Positions 19,642 through 28,823 of a DNA stretch of 64,000 nt are shown here, piece after piece. How positions within the stretch are numbered: position 1 is the stretch's first letter; each line of letters opens with the position of its first letter. This DNA comes from Calditrichia bacterium (GTDB taxonomy: Bacteria; Calditrichota; Calditrichia; RBG-13-44-9; J075). Under the pieces are notes generated by a model. That model searched no databases. It had not been told where the DNA came from and saw nothing but the letters and a program-made list of their open reading frames with translations. The DNA is taken from assembly GCA_028284905.1 (NCBI GenBank), contig JANQQU010000087.1, forward strand, positions 1,015 through 65,014. Reading direction: 5' to 3'. Position numbers and translations under genes: made by a program.

Positions 19642-22038
19642 CTACTCTCCCATAATTTCAAGCAATAATACACCGTTTGATTTCAGTTCGAATGCCGAAC
19701 CTAATTGTTGCCCGGTTAGCATATCCGTAGAAATTGCGCTATTGCCATTCTTCATCTGGATTTGTAGTTTTGCGCTGTTTTTTCCGACATTAAGGATTGT
19801 CATCCAATAACCACCATTCGGATTTTTGACAACCCTCCAGGTACAACCTTTATCTGGTGTTCCATTGGATTCGGTGAGAACCACCTCCGGCAAATTCCCG
19901 GAATTTAACGATAGCACTTTATTTTTTAGCTCTGCAACGGCAACTTCTTTCTCCATTAAAATCAAATTGCCATTACTTTCTTCCAGGTGCTTTTGGCGTT
20001 TTTGCCCGTATTCATTTTTTCTCAAACTATTCTGATGGTCAATGATTATGGTGCCGCCGCGATTCAGATAGCTTTGTAGCGCGTCGAACTCAGCATCGGT
20101 TACAAATTCCGTCTTATAAACAACAATCACATCCCAGTTTTCAGGATTTTGCTTTTTAATGATTTTTTCCGTGGCATACCCTAGTGGAAATCCTTCAAAA
20201 TACAACGATTCGTATAGTTCAAACTGTTCTGACATATGATGCTTTTTGTTGATAGCGGACGTTTCCGAATGAAACAATCGTATTGGCCTCCGCTGTTTGC
20301 GCAAAGCCATCACCTCTTCAGAAAAGCTGTTTAAATCCATATAAACCTGGGCGACTTCATTCACTGTCTGAGGCTGCATATTGGCAGAACCCGCATACGA
20401 ACCTGCAAGAGCAGGGTCAAAGAAACTTAACTCACCTTCCAGCCGGTCTTCCGGAGAACCGTCCGGGTCTCTGGCCCAAAACCAGGAGATGCCCGCATCC
20501 ATTCCGTGAATTGTCGCCAACCAAAAGACGTTTCTCACATAGTCCGCAGAGGTGTTTAAGTCTCTCCATCCCGAGGTGGAAAGAAAATGTGTTTCGGAAT
20601 TTACATGTATTTTATGCGGCGAAACGGATTCCATAAAATCATAAGAAAGGGCAAGTTCCTCCCAAAAATAAGCGTATTTAGATTCCCATTTTTCCGGTTT
20701 ATCAGGCCATCTTAAATCCCGGCCAGCGACGGCTTTCGCATCATCGCCGATCATAGATGTTAGCTCGGTTAAGGCTTCTAAATCGATCCCATGGGAACGG
20801 TAGTCGTCCGTGAATAGGTTGGGCATAATTTTGATATGGGTATCGGCATCCGGATTGGCGGAATGTAATTCATTTTGTAAATAAGTGAACCAATCAATCC
20901 CCCGGTCCATATTAAAGCGGCACCAGTCGTACCACAGCGGTTTTCCCCGGTTAGACTTATCGATAGGGATTTCTATTTCCACCGCATTAAAATCGCTAAA
21001 AACACTTTGCCAATTTCTGTTTAGCGCATCAATCTTACTGTTGTATTTTTTTTCTAACCAGTTTCTAAACTTGTTGAGGGTATAGGATGAAATGTCATTC
21101 ATCTCTTTAAAATTCTGAGACCAGTGCCCTTTTTCCGAATACCAGTGCGGTTCGTTGGATAAAATGTAACCAAGCTGGGTTACTTTTTTACCTTTTGTCA
21201 ATTCCCCGGCTTTCCTGATAACATCGCTCCAAACTTGTCTCATTAGCGGGTTGTCCACGTCAAAACCGGTAAAAAGTGATCTTCCTTTAGCGACTTCAGG
21301 TTCCTGCTGGTGTATCCATTCCGGCATTCCCATGTTCCAGAGTATCAGGAAACCAACGTTGGTGTTAGGTACTTCGGTAATATAGCCCAGTTTCTCCTGA
21401 TTAAATGTTCCATCCTGGTTAAGAATAAATGGATTAATTGCTCTATCCTGATCGACTTCATACAATCTGCTGCCGCCATGGTAAATATTGCCTAAATGGT
21501 CGTTATACACTTTTTTATCTGTTAAAGACCTTCCGACTGATTTAGAAAAATAATCAAATAGAAACACCGGTTTACCGTTACTTAAAAACTGATCTTCTTC
21601 AACAACGATGTTTTCCCAATCTATTTTGGAAACAGGCCTTCTAACAATACTGCCATTCAACACTTTCTTAAGGTTATCTATGCCCTTGTCCAAAATTTCA
21701 ATGACTTTTTGCCTCTCAAAATCAGGAAGCTCCTCTGCATATTTCGCTTTCTCATTTTTATAGGGGCCATAGTAACCGAAGAGTTTTTCTATCGCGGGCT
21801 TATTCGCTTCATCCCAATCAGCGAACTTCAAGAACTCCTTCGAAAACCAAAGTAATGATTCCTCTCTGGTGACATCGATTGATCTATTTCTCGCTTCCTT
21901 CATTAAAGCTTCAAGAACGCTTATCTTCAGGATGGCGTTTTCTTTATGTTGTGCCATACAGTTGGTCATAGATAAAAGAGTAACTAACAAAAGGCAGAAC
22001 AAAATTTTTATGTGAGCTGTATTCTCTATTTTATTCAC
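19642..22038 (-). CDS. Second GH42-like/GH167-like beta-carrageenase candidate, no sorting tail
   Basis: LSNEPHWY, NSETHFLST, SYAGSANMQP; clear paralog of the 15706 gene. Confidence 0.65.
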   Translation of the reverse strand: MNKIENTAHIKILFCLLLVTLLSMTNCMAQHKENAILKISVLEALMKEARNRSIDVTREESLLWFSKEFLKFADWDEANKPAIEKLFGYYGPYKNEKAKYAEELPDFERQKVIEILDKGIDNLKKVLNGSIVRRPVSKIDWENIVVEEDQFLSNGKPVFLFDYFSKSVGRSLTDKKVYNDHLGNIYHGGSRLYEVDQDRAINPFILNQDGTFNQEKLGYITEVPNTNVGFLILWNMGMPEWIHQQEPEVAKGRSLFTGFDVDNPLMRQVWSDVIRKAGELTKGKKVTQLGYILSNEPHWYSEKGHWSQNFKEMNDISSYTLNKFRNWLEKKYNSKIDALNRNWQSVFSDFNAVEIEIPIDKSNRGKPLWYDWCRFNMDRGIDWFTYLQNELHSANPDADTHIKIMPNLFTDDYRSHGIDLEALTELTSMIGDDAKAVAGRDLRWPDKPEKWESKYAYFWEELALSYDFMESVSPHKIHVNSETHFLSTSGWRDLNTSADYVRNVFWLATIHGMDAGISWFWARDPDGSPEDRLEGELSFFDPALAGSYAGSANMQPQTVNEVAQVYMDLNSFSEEVMALRKQRRPIRLFHSETSAINKKHHMSEQFELYESLYFEGFPLGYATEKIIKKQNPENWDVIVVYKTEFVTDAEFDALQSYLNRGGTIIIDHQNSLRKNEYGQKRQKHLEESNGNLILMEKEVAVAELKNKVLSLNSGNLPEVVLTESNGTPDKGCTWRVVKNPNGGYWMTILNVGKNSAKLQIQMKNGNSAISTDMLTGQQLGSAFELKSNGVLLLEIMGE

Positions 22039-22332
22039 TGATGCTTCCTGTCGCTTTTACGATTAGTGCTAAGATGTGGGCCTGATTGGAAAGCCAAACT
22101 GACTACCCGACTTTTGCCTCCTGAAGCATTCAAGGAGTGGGAAATCCGCAAAAAATTTGATAGTAATAAATGGTGGTAGTGTTAAGATGATATCCGTGCT
22201 GTCATTGTCTCCGAAAGGAATCCCTTCGTAGCTATAACAAGTAAAACGACACTCTATTTTCCAGTTCAAGCGCTATCTTTTAGTAGCTCCCCTTAAGTCA
22301 GATTATACTCATGGTTTATTGCACATGATAAG

Positions 22333-22373
22333 CAAGCAGGAATGCCAGAATGTTATTGTGGCATTCCTGCTTG
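22333..22373. terminator. Hairpin downstream of the GLUG gene
   Basis: Perfect 15-bp inverted repeat caagcaggaatgcca / tggcattcctgcttg. Confidence 0.65.
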
Positions 22374-22455
22374 AAAATAAGTGGATTTGCTATAGTGACA
22401 TCAAATTAAATCAGCAAATCTTTTTAGCCTGAAGTATGGATGCCAGCTTAGTTTA

Positions 22456-23643
22456 TTACTTCATCAGTACCATCTTCTTAACCGACTGATACTTCCCGGC
22501 TGTTACACGATAGGTATAAACACCACTGGGCAGATCCTGTGCATTAAATTTAAAAGTATGCTTGCCTGCTTGCAGTTGATTGTTAACCAGCAGTTCAACT
22601 CTTTGCCCTAAAACATTGAAGACATCCAAAACAACATGTTCTCTCGTCGGCATGGTGAACGAAATAGTAGTACTCGGGTTAAATGGATTGGGATAGTTCT
22701 GTTCCAGTGCGAAGTCCGACGCAATATTTTCATAAGTATGTTCTTCGATACCAGTAACATAGCCAGCCAGAACAGGATAGTTAGGGCCCATTGTCCAGAT
22801 ACTTTGGTCCAAAGTAGGATAGCTTGCCCAGTCGGTTAGTGCGGTTGAATCCAATGCTGTTGCATTTACTTCGTGCGCTTGCGGTGTATTTCGGTTATGA
22901 TAATACATAGTGTTATTCCAGATAAGCGTTGAATTTCCGGTCAAGTCACCGGAAATAGGACCAGTATTGGAAAGGCCACTTATAGAACCATAAAATATAT
23001 TATTCGAAATTTCATTCGGGGCATAGGAAGTATCCAATCTGCTTCGCGCAGTTATCCCACCAACAACATCAAATCCTTCTATATAACCATCAAAGAAATT
23101 GTTTCTAATGAAATTACCGTTTGGCCAGCCCCATCCAACAATGCCGCCAACATGATTGCCACCAGTAACACGACCATTGGTAACAAAACATTCTTCTATG
23201 GTACGGCCAGGTTGAAAAGCTTCCGCTGCAATACCACCGCATCTATTTCCCAGCGATGCAACAGTCAGGTTGTCAAAACCAAGTCTTACCACACTAGATG
23301 GATTCCCCATAGAACCGATAAAGCCTAACTGAATTTGGCCTATTTCGCCAGTAACATACAGGTTGCTGATCACATGATAACCACCATCGATGTGCCCATA
23401 CCATGCACCATGGCCGCCACTTCTTAGCGGTACCCAGGAGGAATCTCCGGCCATATCAATGTCTGCGGTTAAGATAAAATATGATGAGCTATCCGTATCC
23501 AGCATCGCGTGTAATTCAGCCGCATTACTTACCTGGTATGGATTCCCTTCGCTGCCATCTCCGCCGGAGAATTGTGCGAATGCATTGCTAAACAAGAATG
23601 ATAGTGCAATTACTATTAAAACAAATACTTTTGAACATCTCAT
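22456..23643 (-). CDS. Secreted GLUG-motif protein with C-terminal sorting domain
   Basis: FSGGDGSEGNPYQV, repeated GG(I/V)xG motifs, QNYPNPFNP tail; start MRCSK at 23643 has an aggag RBS. Confidence 0.75.
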   Translation of the reverse strand: MRCSKVFVLIVIALSFLFSNAFAQFSGGDGSEGNPYQVSNAAELHAMLDTDSSSYFILTADIDMAGDSSWVPLRSGGHGAWYGHIDGGYHVISNLYVTGEIGQIQLGFIGSMGNPSSVVRLGFDNLTVASLGNRCGGIAAEAFQPGRTIEECFVTNGRVTGGNHVGGIVGWGWPNGNFIRNNFFDGYIEGFDVVGGITARSRLDTSYAPNEISNNIFYGSISGLSNTGPISGDLTGNSTLIWNNTMYYHNRNTPQAHEVNATALDSTALTDWASYPTLDQSIWTMGPNYPVLAGYVTGIEEHTYENIASDFALEQNYPNPFNPSTTISFTMPTREHVVLDVFNVLGQRVELLVNNQLQAGKHTFKFNAQDLPSGVYTYRVTAGKYQSVKKMVLMK

Positions 23644-23794
23644 AATGATCTCCTTAAAATTATTCAAAAACTGCAAACTCGATTAAAAGCAAAAATTCTA
23701 ATTGTAAATCCACACAATAAATCGTTAATCATTTCACCATAAGCCTCCTTAATTTGATTAAACATTAGTAATTGAAAGGGATAGCGCTATGAGC

Positions 23795-24739
23795 CTACTC
23801 TGCAGGTTGCCAAATCCGGATATACTCGATTTCATAGTCCGCCGGTAAGTCTGCTTCCTCCGGTAGCCCTAACCAGGGAAAGGTTTCCGAATCAAACCAT
23901 ATCCAGTACGGCACATCGGTTACCCAGCGATCATTATCCGCACCATTATTGGTAATTTCAGATTTAAGTATTCTGCCATCGGGATGTAATTCGCCATCGA
24001 TATAGACCTTGATAGAGTCGGCCGTCCAATGAAATCCATAGACATGAAAATCGTCGGCAGTATTGTTCTCTGCCTGTATGTTCCGGGTATGGGCAGGTCC
24101 GTTTCCGTCCGGTAAATAATAGGGGTTATCAGGATCCCAGCTGATCATATTGAACTTAAGCCGCCTGCGCCAATCGGGATTGGTTTGATGCCCTCCGAAC
24201 ATTTCAAACATGTCCAATTCTGATTGGAATCCGGTGGTCCAGAAAGAGCTGGTCACTTCCGCATCCGCCGCTTTACACTTGATTTCCATATACCCATATT
24301 GAAACTGATTCTTGCTGATCACAGCGGCCGTTGTAATATTTTCGAAAGCCTCTCCGGTGTTCGGATGAACTTCAGGATCAAAGTCGTAATCCGGCTCCCA
24401 ACGGCTTTCAATTTTTAGTTTACCGTCTTCCAACCGCACATTGTCGGTGGAAAATTGAGAAGGAGGTCTGCCAACAAAATTCGATTGATAGATACCGTCA
24501 GTGCCTTGAATGTGCCATTTTTCAGTATCTAACTCTGTGCCTTCAAATTCGTCACTCATGTCCTCAAGCAACGTCCAGCCGGCAGTATTTGCGGAATCAG
24601 AAAGTGGGTAGACGACAAACTCGGGTTCAGTCTCCGTATTAGGAAAGGGATCGAGCGTTGTTTCTTGCGAACAACTCACAAAAAACAAACCTAAACCCGA
24701 GATTGTAAAAGTAAGCAGTAAAGATTTTACCTGGTTCAT
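23795..24739 (-). CDS. GH16 lipoprotein (furcellaranase/beta-carrageenase-like, possibly GH16_13)
   Basis: Lipobox-like FFVSC, SDEFEG, GRPPSQFS, catalytic ELDMFE, FHVYGFHW. Confidence 0.75.
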   Translation of the reverse strand: MNQVKSLLLTFTISGLGLFFVSCSQETTLDPFPNTETEPEFVVYPLSDSANTAGWTLLEDMSDEFEGTELDTEKWHIQGTDGIYQSNFVGRPPSQFSTDNVRLEDGKLKIESRWEPDYDFDPEVHPNTGEAFENITTAAVISKNQFQYGYMEIKCKAADAEVTSSFWTTGFQSELDMFEMFGGHQTNPDWRRRLKFNMISWDPDNPYYLPDGNGPAHTRNIQAENNTADDFHVYGFHWTADSIKVYIDGELHPDGRILKSEITNNGADNDRWVTDVPYWIWFDSETFPWLGLPEEADLPADYEIEYIRIWQPAE

Positions 24740-24848
24740 TCTTGCTATCCCTTCTGGAAAGGTGTAAGGAATTAGTAAACATTTTCGCTACCGGATATCG
24801 AGGTCTATATTCCCCGCTCTCATCATCTTTTCAGCGGCAGCCTAAAAA

Positions 24849-26630
24849 TTATTTTAGTAATACCATTTTGCGGTTAAGCAGCTCATGGCGCTCTCTACCA
24901 TCAATTCGCAAACTGTAGATATACATGCCGGATGCGACTCTTCTTCCCAATCCATCTATCCCCTGCCATTCGATATTGTGCTGCCCGCTGCGCTGCTTTC
25001 CGGATACAAGATTCGCGATGTGCTGTCCCTGCACATTAAAAATGTCCAGGGATATTTCGGCGTCTCGCTCTAATTCAAAAGCGATGTTTGTCGTTGGGTT
25101 AAAAGGATTGGGGTAATTTTGTCTCAATTTAAACCGTACAGGAGTATTCCCTTCTTGGTTATCAATAGCAGTTATAGTGCTATCTTCATTAAATGTTTGT
25201 CCGTATCGGGGCATTCCCCATGACTGCCAATACTCTTCCTCTTGCTCGCTCCAAAACCAGCGGGGCACGGTATCTTTGTGGGTGTTTGTCCATTCCTCAA
25301 GCTCGGCAACCATCTCTTCGAACAACGCGGGATAAGTGCTTCTTAAATCATTATTTTCACCTAAATCCTCAGCGACATTGAAAAGCTGCCAGGGGTTCTG
25401 GTAAATACTGTTCACTCCTTTTCGAACGACTTTCCATTGATCGCGTCTCCCGGCAATGTCATGCCAGTTTAGGCGATGGCGTAATACGTAGATCATTTCG
25501 CCGGCGCGTGCACTGGTATCAGCAAGTAAAGGATGCCATATATTTTTACCATCAAGTTGTTTGCTAGCAGGAATCGTCGCATTCGCCAAACCTGCAAAGG
25601 TCGGATAAAAATCGAGCGCTGATACCGGATGCTCATAAGTATGCCCTGCCGGCACATGACCCGGCCAGTGGAACATCATTGGTACCCGATATCCGCCTTC
25701 CCAGGTGTCACCTTTTCTTCCTCTAAGCGGGGAATTACTGGCACCTTGAGTGGGTACCCCACCATTGTCGCTTAGAAAAACGATTAAGGTATTATCATAT
25801 TCTCCCGTTGCTATCAGCGTATCAACGATTTGTCCGACACCACGGTCTATCGAGTGCACCATTGCCGCGTATTTCCGGCGGGCATCATTGGTTATATTTG
25901 CATATAGATTATAATCTTCAGGCTTCGGGTCCATTGGAGCATGCGGCGCATTATAAGCAACATAAAGAAAGAAGGGCTGTGTCAATTGGCTGGCTTCGCT
26001 GATGAATCGCGCGGCTTCATTCGAAAGTTCATCGGTTAAGTATTCTGTTGAAGCTGTTACCGGAACATCTACGCCGTTATGCTCTATTGGCCATAAGTAT
26101 TCATGTACCCAGTTTCCGGGGCCGCCTTTAGTATTACTGTATTGCAAGGGATAGTATTTGTGCCCCCCGCCGAGAAATCCATAGAAATCATCGAATCCAC
26201 GCGCATTGGGATGATACTCCGGGCTAACAGCACCCAAATGCCATTTCCCGATAGCGCCGGTGTAATAACCAGCATCTTGCAGCATTGTGCTCATTAATGT
26301 TTCGCTGACCGGAACACCTTTAACATTCCATCTTTCAATGCCCTTATGTACATCGGGCAGATTATATGGCGTCCCCATTGCATGGGGATAACGCCCGGTC
26401 ATCAAAGCCATACGACTGGGGCCACAGAAGGGATGTACTACGTACGCCGATGAAAAAACGGTGCCACCCTGCGCCAATGCATCCAGCCGGGGCGTCATGA
26501 TGTCCGTAGCGCCATTAAAACCGACATCGGCATATCCCTGATCATCGGTTAATACCACAATAATATTGGGCTGCTGCGCTACTGCTACCGACACTGTTAA
26601 CATGATCAAGATTGCTATCAATTGCCTCAT
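24849..26630 (-). CDS. S1 sulfatase (S1_19-like) with C-terminal sorting domain
   Basis: LTDDQGY, FCGPSRMALMTGRYP, GKWHLG, SDNGG, RQNYPNPFNP tail. Confidence 0.88.
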   Translation of the reverse strand: MRQLIAILIMLTVSVAVAQQPNIIVVLTDDQGYADVGFNGATDIMTPRLDALAQGGTVFSSAYVVHPFCGPSRMALMTGRYPHAMGTPYNLPDVHKGIERWNVKGVPVSETLMSTMLQDAGYYTGAIGKWHLGAVSPEYHPNARGFDDFYGFLGGGHKYYPLQYSNTKGGPGNWVHEYLWPIEHNGVDVPVTASTEYLTDELSNEAARFISEASQLTQPFFLYVAYNAPHAPMDPKPEDYNLYANITNDARRKYAAMVHSIDRGVGQIVDTLIATGEYDNTLIVFLSDNGGVPTQGASNSPLRGRKGDTWEGGYRVPMMFHWPGHVPAGHTYEHPVSALDFYPTFAGLANATIPASKQLDGKNIWHPLLADTSARAGEMIYVLRHRLNWHDIAGRRDQWKVVRKGVNSIYQNPWQLFNVAEDLGENNDLRSTYPALFEEMVAELEEWTNTHKDTVPRWFWSEQEEEYWQSWGMPRYGQTFNEDSTITAIDNQEGNTPVRFKLRQNYPNPFNPTTNIAFELERDAEISLDIFNVQGQHIANLVSGKQRSGQHNIEWQGIDGLGRRVASGMYIYSLRIDGRERHELLNRKMVLLK

Positions 26631-26678
26631 TATAACATCCTTCAATGATGATGAATTCTTGCGTCTATCTTCCTGCTA

Positions 26679-27617
26679 TCAGGGCGCCATTTCCCAAACG
26701 CGGACGTAATCGCAATACATTTCTGTTGGAAATCCCTCAGTGGTTGTTTCTTCCGGCACCGGAAAACGCTCATCGCCGATATATCTCACAAAAGGCCGGC
26801 GAAGCCCCATGGATACGGTTATGTGCATCGGTTGATGCCAGTACAAATTCTCTTTCCGGCCTCTTTCCACCCCGTCAACATACCAGATGATGGAGTCAGG
26901 TCTGCTAAGGACGCCATAGGTGTGAAAATCATCGCGGCTATCCCAGGGGGCATGCCATTTATTTCTGGTGATGTCCGGATAACCGCCCGGCCGTATCCAG
27001 GTCAATTGACCATTTTGAAGAACCCTGGCATGAAGGTTCATATCAATCACTTCCGGGCCTTCCCACTCGTTAAGGTCAAAGTCCCACTCACTTTGCTGCA
27101 TTTCTACAACATCTATTTCGCAGTATTGAACGCCCCCCTCGTCGGTAGGAGTCGGCAGCCCAACACTATACAGCCAAAAAGCAGGAGATGCGCCGGGAAA
27201 TCTGTCACAGCCCTTTATCCGTGTCTCGAAATAACCATATGTAATTGTCTCTTCGATACGAGCAATTCCGGATTTGTAATAGTATTCAGCACCATCTCTC
27301 GTATGCGTCTCCTGGATCATCTGGATGGTTAGCATGCTGTCATTTACATAGGCTAAATCCGGCTCCCAAGACCAGACACCCCAATCGCTGACATTATTGT
27401 TCCACTTTGCTGCGTCCAGGCTTGACGCATTAAATTCATCGCTCATAGCTTCGTTCAGCACCCAGCCGCCGGTGTTGTCCGGATCAGAAGCCGGATAAAA
27501 CACCTCTGTTTCAGGAGCGGGCTCAAAAGGGATTGTTAAATCCTGTTTACAATTCATAAAACAAACGCATATGGCGACTATTGCTGTCAAAGTGATTCGC
27601 TGCTTAAATGGACTCAT
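26679..27617 (-). CDS. GH16 kappa-carrageenase-like lipoprotein (GH16_17-like)
   Basis: YGYFETRIKGCDRFPGASPAFW and YCEIDVVEMQQ resemble the CgkA motifs as I recall them (FPGVSPAFW, YSEIDVVEL); lipobox-like FMNC. Confidence 0.75.
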   Translation of the reverse strand: MSPFKQRITLTAIVAICVCFMNCKQDLTIPFEPAPETEVFYPASDPDNTGGWVLNEAMSDEFNASSLDAAKWNNNVSDWGVWSWEPDLAYVNDSMLTIQMIQETHTRDGAEYYYKSGIARIEETITYGYFETRIKGCDRFPGASPAFWLYSVGLPTPTDEGGVQYCEIDVVEMQQSEWDFDLNEWEGPEVIDMNLHARVLQNGQLTWIRPGGYPDITRNKWHAPWDSRDDFHTYGVLSRPDSIIWYVDGVERGRKENLYWHQPMHITVSMGLRRPFVRYIGDERFPVPEETTTEGFPTEMYCDYVRVWEMAP

Positions 27618-27664
27618 ATAACATCCTCATTTCCTTACAATTCAATTTAGTTGTGATGATATTC

Positions 27665-27680
27665 TGAATAATGTATACAA
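27665..27680. promoter_or_regulatory. FadR-type operator upstream of the kappa-carrageenase-like gene
   Basis: tgaataatgtatacaa, 1 mismatch to the reverse complement of the 34874/35309 motif. Confidence 0.65.
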
Positions 27681-27790
27681 GCTGATATAAAATTATCCCA
27701 TAGCCATTTAATCTCTGTATGTTCGCTCTTCTTTAAATTTCTAAAGATTAAATAAGAGCACCATCAAGCTAAAGTTTGGTAATATCAGGT

Positions 27791-28765
27791 CTAAAACTTT
27801 AAGCCAAGGGAGAATCTGTTCACCGAGCCAAAAATAGTGCCGAATGAGCCATAGGCATAATCAAACACTAACATTTCATAATTCAGACCGACGCCAAAGG
27901 TAAGTCCTTCCTCATCATGGTTAAACTTGTAACCACCCCGCAAGGCAAACAGATCTGAATACCAGTATTCAATACCACTATGAATTTGCTCGCTAAAATC
28001 TCGTGGATGGATAGCATCTACTGCGACAGTGACGGAATGCTCCTCTACATCCCAAACGCTCATGGCCAGTCCCATTCGAAAAGTTAAGGGGATTTGAAAA
28101 GATTCTTCTTCGTATTGAAGATTTTCGGAAAAATTTGAAAGGCTGACCGCGAAACGTAAATCCCTGATACCAGTCATGTACGAGGTACCAAAATCTACTG
28201 CCACTACATCGACCTCATTTTCTTTATAACTATTGTCTACACCATCCGATGTTGGGCTGAGCCCCAACCCTTGATAGGCATATTTTAAATGCATACCCAT
28301 ACTAAATTTTTCAGTGAACTGGCGGGCGAAAGCAAAACCGGCAACATATTCGGTGGGGCTAAATGATGATCCGATTTCAAATCCCGCTTCGGTATCTGTT
28401 CTTCTCGTATAATTAATCGGATCACCATAATCCATACTAACCAGACTAAAAGCAAATGTACCGATGCCATCTAAATTCCAAGCGGCAGCTACAGCCTGGT
28501 GTTTTAGGTCTGCAATCCAATCGATGTATGAGAAGGTAACTTCACGGTCCGCAATACTGGCCAGGCCGGCAGGATTCCAGAAGACGGCATTAACATCACC
28601 AGCCATTGCGGTGTAAGATTCTCCCATCGCTGCCGCTCTCGCACCAACACCAATTTTCAAAAAGGTCATACCCGTCTGAGCCACTTTTTTCTGTGCAAAC
28701 GCGGTAGTTGAAAATGCGACAATCAGCATAAGCACTACCGGAAAGGCAAATATATTTCTTTTCAT
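27791..28765 (-). CDS. PorV/UPF0164-like outer-membrane beta-barrel
   Basis: FLKIGVGARAAAMG, AVFWNPAGL, C-terminal FSLGLKF. Confidence 0.85.
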   Translation of the reverse strand: MKRNIFAFPVVLMLIVAFSTTAFAQKKVAQTGMTFLKIGVGARAAAMGESYTAMAGDVNAVFWNPAGLASIADREVTFSYIDWIADLKHQAVAAAWNLDGIGTFAFSLVSMDYGDPINYTRRTDTEAGFEIGSSFSPTEYVAGFAFARQFTEKFSMGMHLKYAYQGLGLSPTSDGVDNSYKENEVDVVAVDFGTSYMTGIRDLRFAVSLSNFSENLQYEEESFQIPLTFRMGLAMSVWDVEEHSVTVAVDAIHPRDFSEQIHSGIEYWYSDLFALRGGYKFNHDEEGLTFGVGLNYEMLVFDYAYGSFGTIFGSVNRFSLGLKF

Positions 28766-28823
28766 TTTTTTTCTCCTGTTAAGATAAAATTCTAAAAACA
28801 GCTTAGATTTATCCTTCCCATGT

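Noticed and set aside
22069-22269. 66-aa intergenic ORF
   Set aside because: No RBS or motif recognised; treated as spurious.
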